DNA from: Vicinamibacteria bacterium
GTDB lineage: Bacteria > Acidobacteriota > Vicinamibacteria > Marinacidobacterales > Marinacidobacteraceae
Length of the DNA: 64,000 nt
Reading direction: 5' to 3'
NCBI GenBank assembly: GCA_963668695.2
Contig: CAXXLQ010000004.1
Span: forward strand, 3,360,001 to 3,424,000
Positions 1 to 9,602 of the stretch are shown here, piece after piece. The notes under the pieces were generated by a model. That model was given only the letters and a program-made list of their open reading frames with translations, had not been told where the DNA came from and searched no databases. Every line of letters starts with the position of its first letter. Position 1 is the first letter of the stretch. Position numbers and translations under genes: made by a program.

Positions 1-218
1 GCCGCCCGGAACTTGCCCGGGCGTTTGCGGACTACATGTTCTCGCTCGAAGCGCAGCAGGTGGCGGCAAACCAACTCCAGTTGGTTCCCTCGCGCGACGA
101 TACGGAGATTCCTCCCGGCATGCCCCCACTCGACTCGCTGATGCGGCTCGATATGGTGACCCTGGGTGACCTGCGTCCATCGTGGGCAGCCCGTTTCCGT
201 CGCGAGATGATTCCCTGA
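1..218 (+). CDS. 3' end of an ABC transporter substrate-binding protein (partial)
   Basis: Open frame from the window edge reads RPELARAFADYMFSLEAQQ, resembling the C-terminal motif of Fe3+/polyamine/thiamine-type binding proteins; an ABC ATPase lies downstream. Confidence 0.6.
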   Translation, partial: RPELARAFADYMFSLEAQQVAANQLQLVPSRDDTEIPPGMPPLDSLMRLDMVTLGDLRPSWAARFRREMIP

Positions 219-356
219 TGAGTAACCCCGGATGAGCAACCCCGGATGAGTAACCCCGGATGAGTAACCCCGGATGAGTAACCCCGGATGAGCAACCCCG
301 GATGAGTAACCCCTGATGAGTAACCCCTGATAAGCAACCCCTGATGAGTAACCCCG
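217..356 (+). repeat. Tandem repeat, 10 x 14 bp (GATGAGTAACCCCG and variants)
   Basis: Read directly; spans the upstream stop codon and the downstream start codon. Confidence 0.95.
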
Positions 357-1996
357 AAGACCCGCCCGTTTCCCCGGAAAGCGTGGAAGCGCTCACCGCC
401 TCCCTGATGCCCCATGCGGCTTCTCTGGGCTCCCGCGCCGCCGGCTTTCGGAGTTGGCTGGCGCGTCTGGCCGCCGGATGGGTCCAGGCCGGGATCACCG
501 GTCCGACGCAGCTGGCGCCGGAAGGCGCCGAAGGACCGCCAAATCCGGCCGACGCGGCCCCCGACACCGTGAATCTCGTGCAGACAACACATCTGGACGA
601 CATTCGCGAAGCAGCGGAGTGGGCGGCAAGTACGCGCTTTCTCAGCACCGAGCGGCGCGCGGCAATGAGACTGCTCACCGACGTACTGGCCATCGGGGCC
701 GCAGCGCCCCTGCCCGCTTTCCTTTCCGGCGAGGAAGCGGGCGCCATCCTGGACTCTTTCCCCGCGGCGTCCGCCCCCCCCGTCACGCTCTGGCGAGCCG
801 TGAACGGCCGTGAGTCGGCCGGACTCTGGTCCGCGATTCTCTGGAATCGCCTCGTGGGGGATCCTCAGGAACTCCATGCGGGGCCGGAATGCGTCGCCGC
901 CGCGGTAGCCGTGGCCGAAGCACGCGACCGGACGCTGGGAGAGCTCCTGGACGCCATTGTGGTGGGCTGCGGCGTGGGGAATTGGCACCGAGATGCTGTC
1001 GGCGCGGCCATGGAGGAGGCCGGCATCCACACCCCGGGAGCGCTCGCTCCCGTGGCGACGGCCGCCGCGGTCGGACGCCTCGAGGGTATCGGCGCCCGAA
1101 ATCTCGGACAGAGCATCCGGCGCGCCAGTGCGCTCACTCCCATGCACCCCTACCGGGCATCGACCGAAGGGACGAGCGTCAAACTGCTTTTCGGCGCCTT
1201 CGGCCAAATGCTGGGAGCAGCGGCAGCCCTCAGCATCAAAAATCCGATCGGCCTCCTGCCCGCTCCGTCGCTCTCGCGGCGGTCCCGACAGCCAGGGGTG
1301 GTGCCCTTCGACCCGCGCGTGGCGACCAGGGCAGTTCACGGAATTCCACTCAAGGAGTACCCCGGGTCGCGGGCGGTCCAGTCCATTCTGGCGACCATCG
1401 AAAAACTGCCGCGAATCGAACCGGACGCGGTCAAATCCATCACGGTCGAGACCTACCCCTTCTCGGCAACGGTATCCGGCTGGTCCCGCCCGGACACGGG
1501 ACCGATCGCCATGCAGAGCCACATCCCGACGGCAGTCGCTTTGATGATCGCGGCCCGCGGGCAGCGGATTCCCTTTGAGGCCGGCCTCTACCCGAAATTC
1601 CGCGACCCGGGAACCATTGCGCTCGCGGAGCGGGTGATCGTGCGATCGCACGAATTCGGTGAACCGGGGGCTCCCCCGAGTCGGCGTGTCCGTTGGGCCA
1701 AGGTCACGATCCGGCCCAAGGCCGGCCCGGATCTGACCGCCTCATCGGGACCTCCCTTCGCGCCCCCGCCACCGGGAGCCATCCGGGATCGCTTCGCCAA
1801 TCTGACCCGAGGGGCCGCGGTGCAAGACCCGCATCGGTTCCCCGACTCGGCGCCGGTACGGAGCCTCTTTCCCAAGGCGCCACCCACCTCATCGGTGACG
1901 ATGCCCGCACCGACGGTACTTCCGTCAGTCGAGCTCGCCGAATCCGAGGCGACGGACAAGAAGTCCACCCACGGGACCAACAAGCTCTTCGGGTAA
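344..1996 (+). CDS. MmgE/PrpD family protein
   Basis: GIHTPGALAPVATAAAVGRL, LKEYPGSRAVQS and VKSITVETY match the MmgE/PrpD pattern. Confidence 0.7.
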   Translation: MSNPEDPPVSPESVEALTASLMPHAASLGSRAAGFRSWLARLAAGWVQAGITGPTQLAPEGAEGPPNPADAAPDTVNLVQTTHLDDIREAAEWAASTRFLSTERRAAMRLLTDVLAIGAAAPLPAFLSGEEAGAILDSFPAASAPPVTLWRAVNGRESAGLWSAILWNRLVGDPQELHAGPECVAAAVAVAEARDRTLGELLDAIVVGCGVGNWHRDAVGAAMEEAGIHTPGALAPVATAAAVGRLEGIGARNLGQSIRRASALTPMHPYRASTEGTSVKLLFGAFGQMLGAAAALSIKNPIGLLPAPSLSRRSRQPGVVPFDPRVATRAVHGIPLKEYPGSRAVQSILATIEKLPRIEPDAVKSITVETYPFSATVSGWSRPDTGPIAMQSHIPTAVALMIAARGQRIPFEAGLYPKFRDPGTIALAERVIVRSHEFGEPGAPPSRRVRWAKVTIRPKAGPDLTASSGPPFAPPPPGAIRDRFANLTRGAAVQDPHRFPDSAPVRSLFPKAPPTSSVTMPAPTVLPSVELAESEATDKKSTHGTNKLFG

Positions 1997-1998
1997 CC

Positions 1999-3111
1999 GT
2001 GAATCCGCGCAAGGCGGGGCTCGCCCTCGAAGGACTTGGCAAGCGCTTCGGAGACACGGAATCGGTGTCGGACGTCACGCTGCGGGTCGGGCCCGGGGAA
2101 CTCATGGCGCTGCTCGGCTCAAGCGGAGCCGGCAAGTCCACCATCCTTCGCTGTATCGCCGGGCACCTGGAACCGGACGCGGGGGAGATCTGGATCGGCG
2201 GCGAACGCATGGACCAGGCGCCCCCCGAGAAGCGCAACGTGGGGATGGTGTTCCAGAGCTATGCGCTCTTCCCGCATCTGAACGTGCGCCGCAATGTTGC
2301 CTTCGGACCCGAACGGCGCGGCGCATCCCGGAGCGAGGCGACCGAACTCGCGGACGAAATGCTGGACCGGGTGGGTCTCCTGGAACTCGGGGATCGCTAT
2401 CCCCGCCAGATCTCGGGCGGCGAGCAGCAGCGGGTGGCCGTCGCCCGAGCGCTCGCCATCCGACCGGAAGTCCTGCTGCTGGACGAGCCGCTCTCGAGCC
2501 TCGATCAGACGCTCCGGCGCGAACTGCGGTCGCTGTTACACAGACTGCAGCGGTCGTTCGGCGCGACGACGGTCTGGGTCACCCACGATCAGGAAGAAGC
2601 CCTGACCGTCGCCGACCGGGTGGCGGTGCTCGACCGGGGCCGTCTCCAGCAGGTCGGGACGCCTCTCGAACTCCACACCCGGCCGGCGAACACTTTCGTC
2701 GCCAGCTTCGTCGGCAAGATGAACCTGCTTCCTGCCACTCGGGAGGCCGCCAGCGGGGATGCCTTCCGGCTTGCGGACGGACCGGTCCTGCGCGTGGCGC
2801 GGGACGCGCTGCCCGGGCCTGCATCCCCCGGGCCTGCATCCAAGGATCCCGCCGGCGCGGGCGCCCGGCCCCTTCTGGCAATGCGGCCGGAGGTGGTCCA
2901 GATCGGTCACCCTCCGGCGGCACCCGGCTTCAACCGGATTGGCGCCACTGTCCGGCGGATCTCTTTCCTCGGAGATCGTCTGGAGATCGAACTCGAACTT
3001 GAGGGCGGGCACCGGTTGCTGGCGCGCGGAAACACCCTGTTCGAGAGTCTCGCCCGGGAAGGAGACCAGGTCCGCATCTACTGGCCGGTCGCCGACACCC
3101 GGCTTCTCTAA
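1999..3111 (+). CDS. ABC transporter ATP-binding protein (PotA/FbpC-like, TOBE domain)
   Basis: Walker A GSSGAGKS, signature ISGGEQQR, LLLDEP, VTHDQEEA; GTG start 2 nt after the upstream stop. Confidence 0.92.
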   Translation: MNPRKAGLALEGLGKRFGDTESVSDVTLRVGPGELMALLGSSGAGKSTILRCIAGHLEPDAGEIWIGGERMDQAPPEKRNVGMVFQSYALFPHLNVRRNVAFGPERRGASRSEATELADEMLDRVGLLELGDRYPRQISGGEQQRVAVARALAIRPEVLLLDEPLSSLDQTLRRELRSLLHRLQRSFGATTVWVTHDQEEALTVADRVAVLDRGRLQQVGTPLELHTRPANTFVASFVGKMNLLPATREAASGDAFRLADGPVLRVARDALPGPASPGPASKDPAGAGARPLLAMRPEVVQIGHPPAAPGFNRIGATVRRISFLGDRLEIELELEGGHRLLARGNTLFESLAREGDQVRIYWPVADTRLL

Positions 3112-3225
3112 CAGCCTGTGGTGGAACCCGGGTGAGCGCCGAGAGCGGCCAGTTCTCCCGGTGGGGGGGCGGTTCAGGCGGGATGGATCGCCGCTCAAAC
3201 GCCGCCTGGGTTTCACCACAGGCTG
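3112..3225 (-). mobile_element. MITE family A, short copy
   Basis: Terminal inverted repeats CAGCCTGTGGTGGAACCC / GGGTTTCACCACAGGCTG; flanks CTAA / TTAA; abuts the upstream TAA stop. Confidence 0.85.
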
Positions 3226-3799
3226 TTAACCCTAGGTCGAGCGTTCCGGAAGGGGGGCATGCCTCCGGGATGGCGGTACGAGAGGGCCAACGCTATTCCC
3301 CTCTCCACCCCAATCACCCTTAGCGACGCGTCTCCCAACGCGCGCTTTCCAAACCCCCTCACGGCGTAGATCCAACACACATCGCCACTTATCACCAGAG
3401 AGCGCCGGCCTTCGGCCCGCACGGCGGCCCGTAGGCAAGGGACCGCCGACCTCCCGGCAGTCGCTGTGAAAGTGCAGATCTGCGGGAACCCAGACCACCC
3501 GGATGGCGCGCGACAGCGGAGCGCGAAACGCGCGCCGATGACGTTGCGCCATTCCAAGGTGAGGGCCGTGCCTTTTTCATGACAGGCGAGAGTGTGCCGG
3601 AGGACCCGATCATGAAGGTGTCTCCCGGTGGGGCCCGGCACAGCCCGCCGCAGGCGGGCGACCGGTGCCCGCAGGGCAGCGAAGCCTCGGCACCTACCCT
3701 CGCGGTTAGCGACAGCAGAAGCGCACAGTCCCTACCACCCTCACCTCGCCGGGCAGGCCAGCGCCACCCTCGTTGAAGCCGATCCCCGCCAGCGCGCCG

Positions 3800-5326
3800 C
3801 TACGCGATCCAGTCGAAACTCCGCTCGACGGCCTTCCTCCAGGTGACGAGCCGCGCTGCCCGATCCGCGTCGTCGATCGTGGGTTCGAAGCGGGCATCCT
3901 CTTCGAGCGCTCCCGCCAGCTCGGTCTCGGAATCCCAAAACCCGATGGCGAGACCCGCGGCAACGGCCGCTCCCAGAGCCGTGGTTTCAACGCACCGGGG
4001 ACGCACCACCGGTATCCCCAGAATGTCCGCCTGGAACGCAAGCAGGAGTGCGCTGACGGTCATGCCGCCGTCCACCCGGAGCTCCTCGGGCGCCTGGCCG
4101 GTGTCGAGGCGCATCGCCTCGAGGACCTCCCAGACCTGGAACGCGGAGGCTTCGATGGCGGCGCGGGCCAAATGGCGCCGGTCGGTGTGCCGGGTCAATC
4201 CGCAGATCACCCCTCGCGCGTCGGCGCGCCACCAGGGAGCGAAGAGCCCGGAAAACGCCGGGACGATCACGGCTCCCCCCGAATCCTCCACCTCGAGCGC
4301 CAACGCCTCGACCTCAGCCGCGGACTGCGCGAACCCCAGTTGGTCCCGGAGCCACTGGACCAGCGAGCCGGCCACCGCAACGGCTCCCTCCAGGGCGTAG
4401 TCCACCCTTTCCGAATCGCTGTAGGCGACCGTGGTCAGCAGACCGGCCTTCGACTGGATCGCTTTCCCCCCGGTGTGCATCAACAAGAAAGCGCCGGTGC
4501 CGTAGGTGCATTTGGCCTCGCCGGGCCGGCGCCGTAACTGACCAAGGAGGGCCGCCTGCTGGTCTCCAATCACCCCGGTGATCGGCACCCTGGCGCCGAA
4601 AGGGCCGCCGGAGCTCGTGTGGCCCCACGCTTCCGGGTGGGAAGAGGGAGCGATTTCCGGGAGCATCCGGCCTGGCACCCCGAGCGCATCGAGCAGTTCG
4701 TCGCTCCAGCGCAGTTCCCCAAGATCCATCATCAGGGTCCGGCTGGCGTTGGTCGCATCGGTGCGGTGCACCGCGCCCCCGGTGAGCTTCCAGACGAGCC
4801 AGGATTCCACGGTGCCGAAGACGGCGCGTCCCGCGTTCGCGCGCTCCCGGAGGCCTTCCTGATTCTCGAGAAGCCAGCGGAGCTTCGGACCCGAGAAGTA
4901 GGTGGCCGCGGGAAGTCCCGTCAGTTCGCGAAGGCGCCCGGCGCCGATCGTGCGTTCCAGATCCGCCGCGAGTCCGGCGGTACGGGTGTCCTGCCAGACG
5001 ATCGCCGGAGCGAGGGGCTCGCCCGTTGCCGGATCCCACACCACGGTGGTCTCCCGCTGGTTCGTGATTCCTACCGCCGCGACGTCGCTCCCTTCGAGCC
5101 CACCGTTGTTGAGTGCTCCGGCGACCACCTCGGCGGTCCGGTCCCATATCTCGACCGGATCGTGTTCCACCCAACCCGGACGCGGTGTGATCTGCCGGTG
5201 CTCCCGCTGCGCCGAGCCCACGACGGCGCCATCTCGTGCGAAGAGGAGACAGCGGCTGCTGGTGGTGCCCTGGTCGATCGCGGCCACCACCCGAGGCCGC
5301 AACCCCCCGGCCGCCGAGGCGGTCAA
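3800..5326 (-). CDS. glpK: Glycerol kinase
   Basis: AIDQGTTSSR, GITNQRETT, IVWQDTRT, GDQQAAL, KCTYGTG, PAFSGLFAPWW. Confidence 0.97.
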   Translation of the reverse strand: MTASAAGGLRPRVVAAIDQGTTSSRCLLFARDGAVVGSAQREHRQITPRPGWVEHDPVEIWDRTAEVVAGALNNGGLEGSDVAAVGITNQRETTVVWDPATGEPLAPAIVWQDTRTAGLAADLERTIGAGRLRELTGLPAATYFSGPKLRWLLENQEGLRERANAGRAVFGTVESWLVWKLTGGAVHRTDATNASRTLMMDLGELRWSDELLDALGVPGRMLPEIAPSSHPEAWGHTSSGGPFGARVPITGVIGDQQAALLGQLRRRPGEAKCTYGTGAFLLMHTGGKAIQSKAGLLTTVAYSDSERVDYALEGAVAVAGSLVQWLRDQLGFAQSAAEVEALALEVEDSGGAVIVPAFSGLFAPWWRADARGVICGLTRHTDRRHLARAAIEASAFQVWEVLEAMRLDTGQAPEELRVDGGMTVSALLLAFQADILGIPVVRPRCVETTALGAAVAAGLAIGFWDSETELAGALEEDARFEPTIDDADRAARLVTWRKAVERSFDWIA

Positions 5327-6903
5327 GGAATATTCAGCCGCAACGCGCGCCCGGGCCTCGCCCCGGTCACTTCCCCGTCCTGGAGGACGAAGACTCCGGA
5401 GACCAGCACGTGGTGCGCACCGGTGGAGTAGTGGTGGGGATCGCCGAATTCGGCGTGGTCCTCCACGGCCGCGGGGTCGAGGACGGCGATGTCGGCGATG
5501 AACCCTTCCTCGATGACACCCCGGCCGTCGAGGCTGAGCCGTTCGGCTGGAAATGACGACATCTTGCGGACCGCCTCCTCGAGAGACAGAAGGCCCGCCT
5601 CGCGCACGTAGAGGCTCAGCACCCGCGAGAAGGTGGCGTAGTTGCGCGGGTGGGGCACCCCCTCCCCGGGCGCCACCACGCCCCCGTCGGAGGAGATCAT
5701 CGTGCGGGGATGGGCCATGATCCGGCGCACGTCGTCCTCGTGCATGGCGTGGAAGACGCCGCCGAAACCGCCCTTTTCCTGCAACTCGAGCGCCAGGGTC
5801 GCTCCGTTGTCGGTGTTCGACTCAAGGCCCCGCTCCCGCAGGATGTCGCCCATGCTCTTGCCCTCGAGCGAGGGGTCCCATTCACAACTGGCGATCTGCA
5901 CGTTGTCGGGGCTCCCGCCCCCCCGGTCCACTTCCAGATTGTTCTTGATCGCCTCGCGGATCCGTTCCCGCTGCTCCGGATCCTGGAGCCGCTCCAGGAG
6001 CGCCTCGTTCCCGCCGGCGAGGCTCCATCCGGGGAACAGGATGGTCAGTCCGGTGGACGATGCCGTGTAGGGGTACTGGTCGATCGTCACGTCCACGCCG
6101 CGCGCGACCGCCTCGTCCACGAGGCGCAGGCTCTCGGTGCTCTGACCCCACATCGGGGCGCCGACCACCTTGTGGTGGGTGATCTGGGTCGGGAGCCCTC
6201 CTTCTTCTCCGATGCGGATCGTCTCGCGCACCGAATCCATCAACGTGAGCCCCTCTTCCCGCATGTGGCTGACGTGAATGCCGCCGTAGCGGGCCGCGAC
6301 CTTGGCCAGCTCGATGACCTCCTCGGTCTCGGCGAAGGTCCCCGGTGGGTACTTGAGGCCGGTGGAGAGTCCGTAGGCGCCTTCCTGCATCGCCTGGTCC
6401 ACCAGCGCGCGCATCTCGTCGAGTTCCGCATCGGTGGGCGCACGGTCTTCGAGGCCGACCACTTCGCGGCGGATCGTGCCGTGTCCGACCATCAGCCCCA
6501 TGTTGATCGCCGCGCCCTCGGCTTCGAATTGCGCGAGCCACTCGCCGATCGGCAGCGGCGAGCCCCCATCCGGACCGCCCATGGCCGTGGTCACCCCCTG
6601 GCGGAGGTAGTTCTCGGCGAGGGGATGGCGGAGCACCCCTCGGACGGCGTGGCTGTGGAGGTCCACGAAACCGGGCACCACCGCGAGTCCCGACACGTCC
6701 ACTCTCGTCTCGGCACGGGCTCCGGAAAGATCACCCACCGTCGCCACCCGGTCGCCCCGGATCCCGACGTCCGCAATCTGGGGGGCTCCGCCCCGGCCGT
6801 CATGAACTTCGCCGCCGGTGAGCACCACGTCGTAGGGCTCCCCGCAACCGGCGGCCACCGCCGCCGTCAGCAAGAGCAGGAGTCGCATTGCGCGTTGGGC
6901 CAT
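5323..6903 (-). CDS. N-acyl-D-amino-acid deacylase (amidohydrolase family), probable lipoprotein
   Basis: PGFVDLHSH, SHMREE, DQYPYTASST, PHPRNYATF; lipobox-like AAGC; start may instead be 6921. Confidence 0.88.
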   Translation of the reverse strand: MAQRAMRLLLLLTAAVAAGCGEPYDVVLTGGEVHDGRGGAPQIADVGIRGDRVATVGDLSGARAETRVDVSGLAVVPGFVDLHSHAVRGVLRHPLAENYLRQGVTTAMGGPDGGSPLPIGEWLAQFEAEGAAINMGLMVGHGTIRREVVGLEDRAPTDAELDEMRALVDQAMQEGAYGLSTGLKYPPGTFAETEEVIELAKVAARYGGIHVSHMREEGLTLMDSVRETIRIGEEGGLPTQITHHKVVGAPMWGQSTESLRLVDEAVARGVDVTIDQYPYTASSTGLTILFPGWSLAGGNEALLERLQDPEQRERIREAIKNNLEVDRGGGSPDNVQIASCEWDPSLEGKSMGDILRERGLESNTDNGATLALELQEKGGFGGVFHAMHEDDVRRIMAHPRTMISSDGGVVAPGEGVPHPRNYATFSRVLSLYVREAGLLSLEEAVRKMSSFPAERLSLDGRGVIEEGFIADIAVLDPAAVEDHAEFGDPHHYSTGAHHVLVSGVFVLQDGEVTGARPGRALRLNIP

Positions 6904-7036
6904 TGAGTCTTCCTCCGCCATTCCGTTAGAAGTCGTTTCTCCGGAACGGGCCGCAACCGAGTCTATCGGTATGCTGACCGCCTCGGTCCCGCGCCTCCAT
7001 CATGGGCCCTGGCGGGGACCGACAAGGAGAACTCGC

Positions 7037-8929
7037 ATGCGCTGGAACCGGAATTCAACAGCCTGTGACAAAACCCACGCGGCCCAGTTCTCCCGGTGGG
7101 GGCTCGACGGGCGATCCATCCCGGCCAGACAGCCGGTAGTGAAACCCACGCGGCCCAGTTCTCCCGGTGGGGGCTCGGCCGGCGATCCATCCCGGCTGAA
7201 CCGCGTCGCTTCGCGCCGCTCATCGTTGCGTTTCGGTCGGAATACACCCGGGCCAGTTCTCCCGGTGGGGGCTCCTCCCTCACGCGCCTTGCCAGCCGGG
7301 CCCCCACCGGGAGGACTGGCCCCACCGGGAGAACTGGGCCTCGCCCCCACCGGGAGACTGGCCAGCCTCGGCGCTCACGTAGGTTCCACCACCGGCTGTT
7401 CACCGCCCCGCTTCGCGGCGCTCTGCGTTGCGTTTCGGTCGAAATACACCCGGCCCAGTTCTCCCGGTGGGGGCTCCTCCCTCACGCGCCTTGTCAGCCG
7501 GGCCCCCACCGGGAGGACTGGCCCCACCGGGAGAACTGGGCCTCGCCCGTCTCGGCGCTCACGTGGGTTTCACCACAGGCTATTAGTCATCCCCGTCCTC
7601 CTGACCGCTCTCATCCTGCCGGTGATCGCGGCCGGGCAGCCAGCCCCCACCGTTCTTCCCATGCGGGACCGGGCGGCGCTCATCGACCGCTGGCTCGAGG
7701 TGCGGTTCGAGACCGTGCTGCCGGAAATCATGCGGCGCGACGGCGTGGACATGTGGATCGTTGCGGCGAGGGAATACAACGAGGATCCGGTCATCCGGAC
7801 GATGCTCCCCTACACCTGGCTCGCGGCCCGGCGCCGCACCGTGCTCCTGTTCTTCGACCGCGGTCCGGAGGAGGGCGTCGAGCGGCTCGCGGTGGCCCGG
7901 TACGACATCGGAGGCATCCCGGGCGCCTGGGATCCCGAAACCGAACCCGATCAGTGGGCCCGGGTCGCCGAACTGGTCCGTGAGCGGAATCCCAACGTGA
8001 TTGCAGTGAACCGTTCGTCGGATTTCGGGCTGGCTGACGGGATCACCGCCACCGAATACGAGGCGCTCGGGGAGGCGCTCGGGCCTGAATTGTCACAGCG
8101 GGTAACCAGCGCCGAGACGCTGGCCATCGCCTGGCTCGAAACCCGGACTCCGGAGGAGATGGCGGTCTATCCCGCCGTCGTCCGCCTCGCCCGCTCCATC
8201 CTCTCCGAGGGCCTGTCGGAAAAGGCGATCCAGCCGGGCGTCACCACCACCCAGGATCTCTCCTGGTGGTACCGCGAGCGGATCCGCGAACTCAAACTCC
8301 AGACCTGGTTCCAGCCGGGCGTTTCGGTGCAGCGTCGCGAGGGAGCGATGTTCGGTGGCGACGCGGGAGACCAGGGCGATTTCTCTTCACGCCCCCCTCC
8401 GGACACCATCATGCCCGGCGACCTGCTGCACGTGGACTTCGGGATTACCTATCTCCGGCTCAACACGGATACCCAGATGCACGCCTACGTGCTGCGCCAC
8501 GGCGAAACGGCGGCCCCGGCGGGACTCAGTGAAGCGCTTTCCACCGGAAACCGGCTCCAGGACATCCTCACCGACGAATTCGTCACCGGCCGCACAGGAA
8601 ACGAAATCCTCGCGGCGGCGCTCGCCCAGGCGAAGAGCGAGGGCATCACTGCCTCGATCTACACCCACCCGATCGGCTTCCACGGCCACGCGGCCGGGCC
8701 CACGATCGGGCTGTGGGATCGCCAGGAAGGTGTGCCCGGCAAGGGTGACTATCCACTCTTTCCGATGACCGCGCACTCCATCGAGCTGAACGCCCGGGTC
8801 GCGGTGCCCGAGTGGGACGGCCAGGAGGTCCGGATCGCGCTGGAGGAGGACGCCATCTTCGACGGCGAATCCACGACGTATATCGATCCCCGGATGGAAC
8901 GCCTGCTGCTGATCCCCCGCCCGCGCTAG
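7037..8929 (+). CDS. M24 family (Xaa-Pro) aminopeptidase with an in-frame MITE in its signal peptide
   Basis: AAGGAG SD before ATG 7037; LLHVDFG..NTDTQ, THPIGFHGH, SIELN, LEED metal-site motifs. Confidence 0.85.
   Translation: MRWNRNSTACDKTHAAQFSRWGLDGRSIPARQPVVKPTRPSSPGGGSAGDPSRLNRVASRRSSLRFGRNTPGPVLPVGAPPSRALPAGPPPGGLAPPGELGLAPTGRLASLGAHVGSTTGCSPPRFAALCVAFRSKYTRPSSPGGGSSLTRLVSRAPTGRTGPTGRTGPRPSRRSRGFHHRLLVIPVLLTALILPVIAAGQPAPTVLPMRDRAALIDRWLEVRFETVLPEIMRRDGVDMWIVAAREYNEDPVIRTMLPYTWLAARRRTVLLFFDRGPEEGVERLAVARYDIGGIPGAWDPETEPDQWARVAELVRERNPNVIAVNRSSDFGLADGITATEYEALGEALGPELSQRVTSAETLAIAWLETRTPEEMAVYPAVVRLARSILSEGLSEKAIQPGVTTTQDLSWWYRERIRELKLQTWFQPGVSVQRREGAMFGGDAGDQGDFSSRPPPDTIMPGDLLHVDFGITYLRLNTDTQMHAYVLRHGETAAPAGLSEALSTGNRLQDILTDEFVTGRTGNEILAAALAQAKSEGITASIYTHPIGFHGHAAGPTIGLWDRQEGVPGKGDYPLFPMTAHSIELNARVAVPEWDGQEVRIALEEDAIFDGESTTYIDPRMERLLLIPRPR
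7059..7582 (+). mobile_element. MITE family A, composite copy (2 left arms, 2 right arms)
   Basis: Ends CAGCCTGTG / CACCACAGGCTA; flanks TCAA / TTAG; shares blocks with 11103-12024 and 57630-57845. Confidence 0.88.
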
Positions 8930-8975
8930 GTAGGAGCGCCGGGCAGTCCTCCCGGTGGGGCCGTTCACACCGGCA
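8930..8975 (+). repeat. REP-like family B element carrying an 18-nt module variant
   Basis: GTAGGAGCGCCGG-[GCAGTCCTCCCGGTGGGG]-CCGTTCACACCGGC immediately after the stop codon. Confidence 0.6.
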
Positions 8976-9084
8976 TCGCGGCCAAAGGCCGCGAAACTCC
9001 CATCTCCAACCGAGCAGAAGCGCGCGGACGGCCTGGCGCGCCGGTACTCCGATCGGCATCGCCCACGCAGCAGGCGAAACTGCC

Positions 9085-9302
9085 TCAGCCTCTCAGCAAC
9101 AGCGTGGTGACCAGCGTCGTCAGTGTCCCAACCATCGTCCCGAGCAACAGGAACAAGAAGGTCCAGATCCGACCCAACTGCTTTTCCACCGCGTCAAGCC
9201 GGGCATTGACTGCCGTCAATCCCGTCTGAAATTGGGCGGTCTGTTCCGCCGCAGTACGCGAATCAGCGCCGTGAGCTGCTGGACCGCAGTTTGCCCGGCC
9301 AT
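9085..9302 (-). pseudogene. Small coiled-coil protein with C-terminal membrane helix, frameshifted near 9250
   Basis: GGAG then ATG 9302 gives MAGQTAVQQLTALIRVL; another frame continues EQTAQFQTGLTAVNARLDAVEKQLGRIWTFLFLLLGTMVGTLTTLVTTLLLRG-stop. Confidence 0.5.
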
Positions 9303-9602
9303 GGACTCGATCTCCCGAACCGGGGTTAGACCTGTCCAGCGTCCCGATTTCCCGTCACCAGCAAGCGAAACAGCGCGCCCGATTCGGGCGGCGCATCCGA
9401 TTTGCCTTGGGCTCCTTCACTCTGTACGCCCGGCATGGAAGCTCCTTTGCGCCACAAATCCGGCGCGGATTGGCCGTGTCCGCTGCAGGGACGCGAACCG
9501 GGTTCCTACCTGTCATAGACGGAAACCGGGCGGGAAAATTCTCACCCGACTGAAAAAAGGTCTCCAAGCGGCCGCCCGGCACCGTGACATCCTTGCCGCC
9601 CC

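Noticed and set aside
217-356. 14-bp array as CRISPR or iterons
   Set aside because: No spacers and no rep gene; it derives from the gene junction
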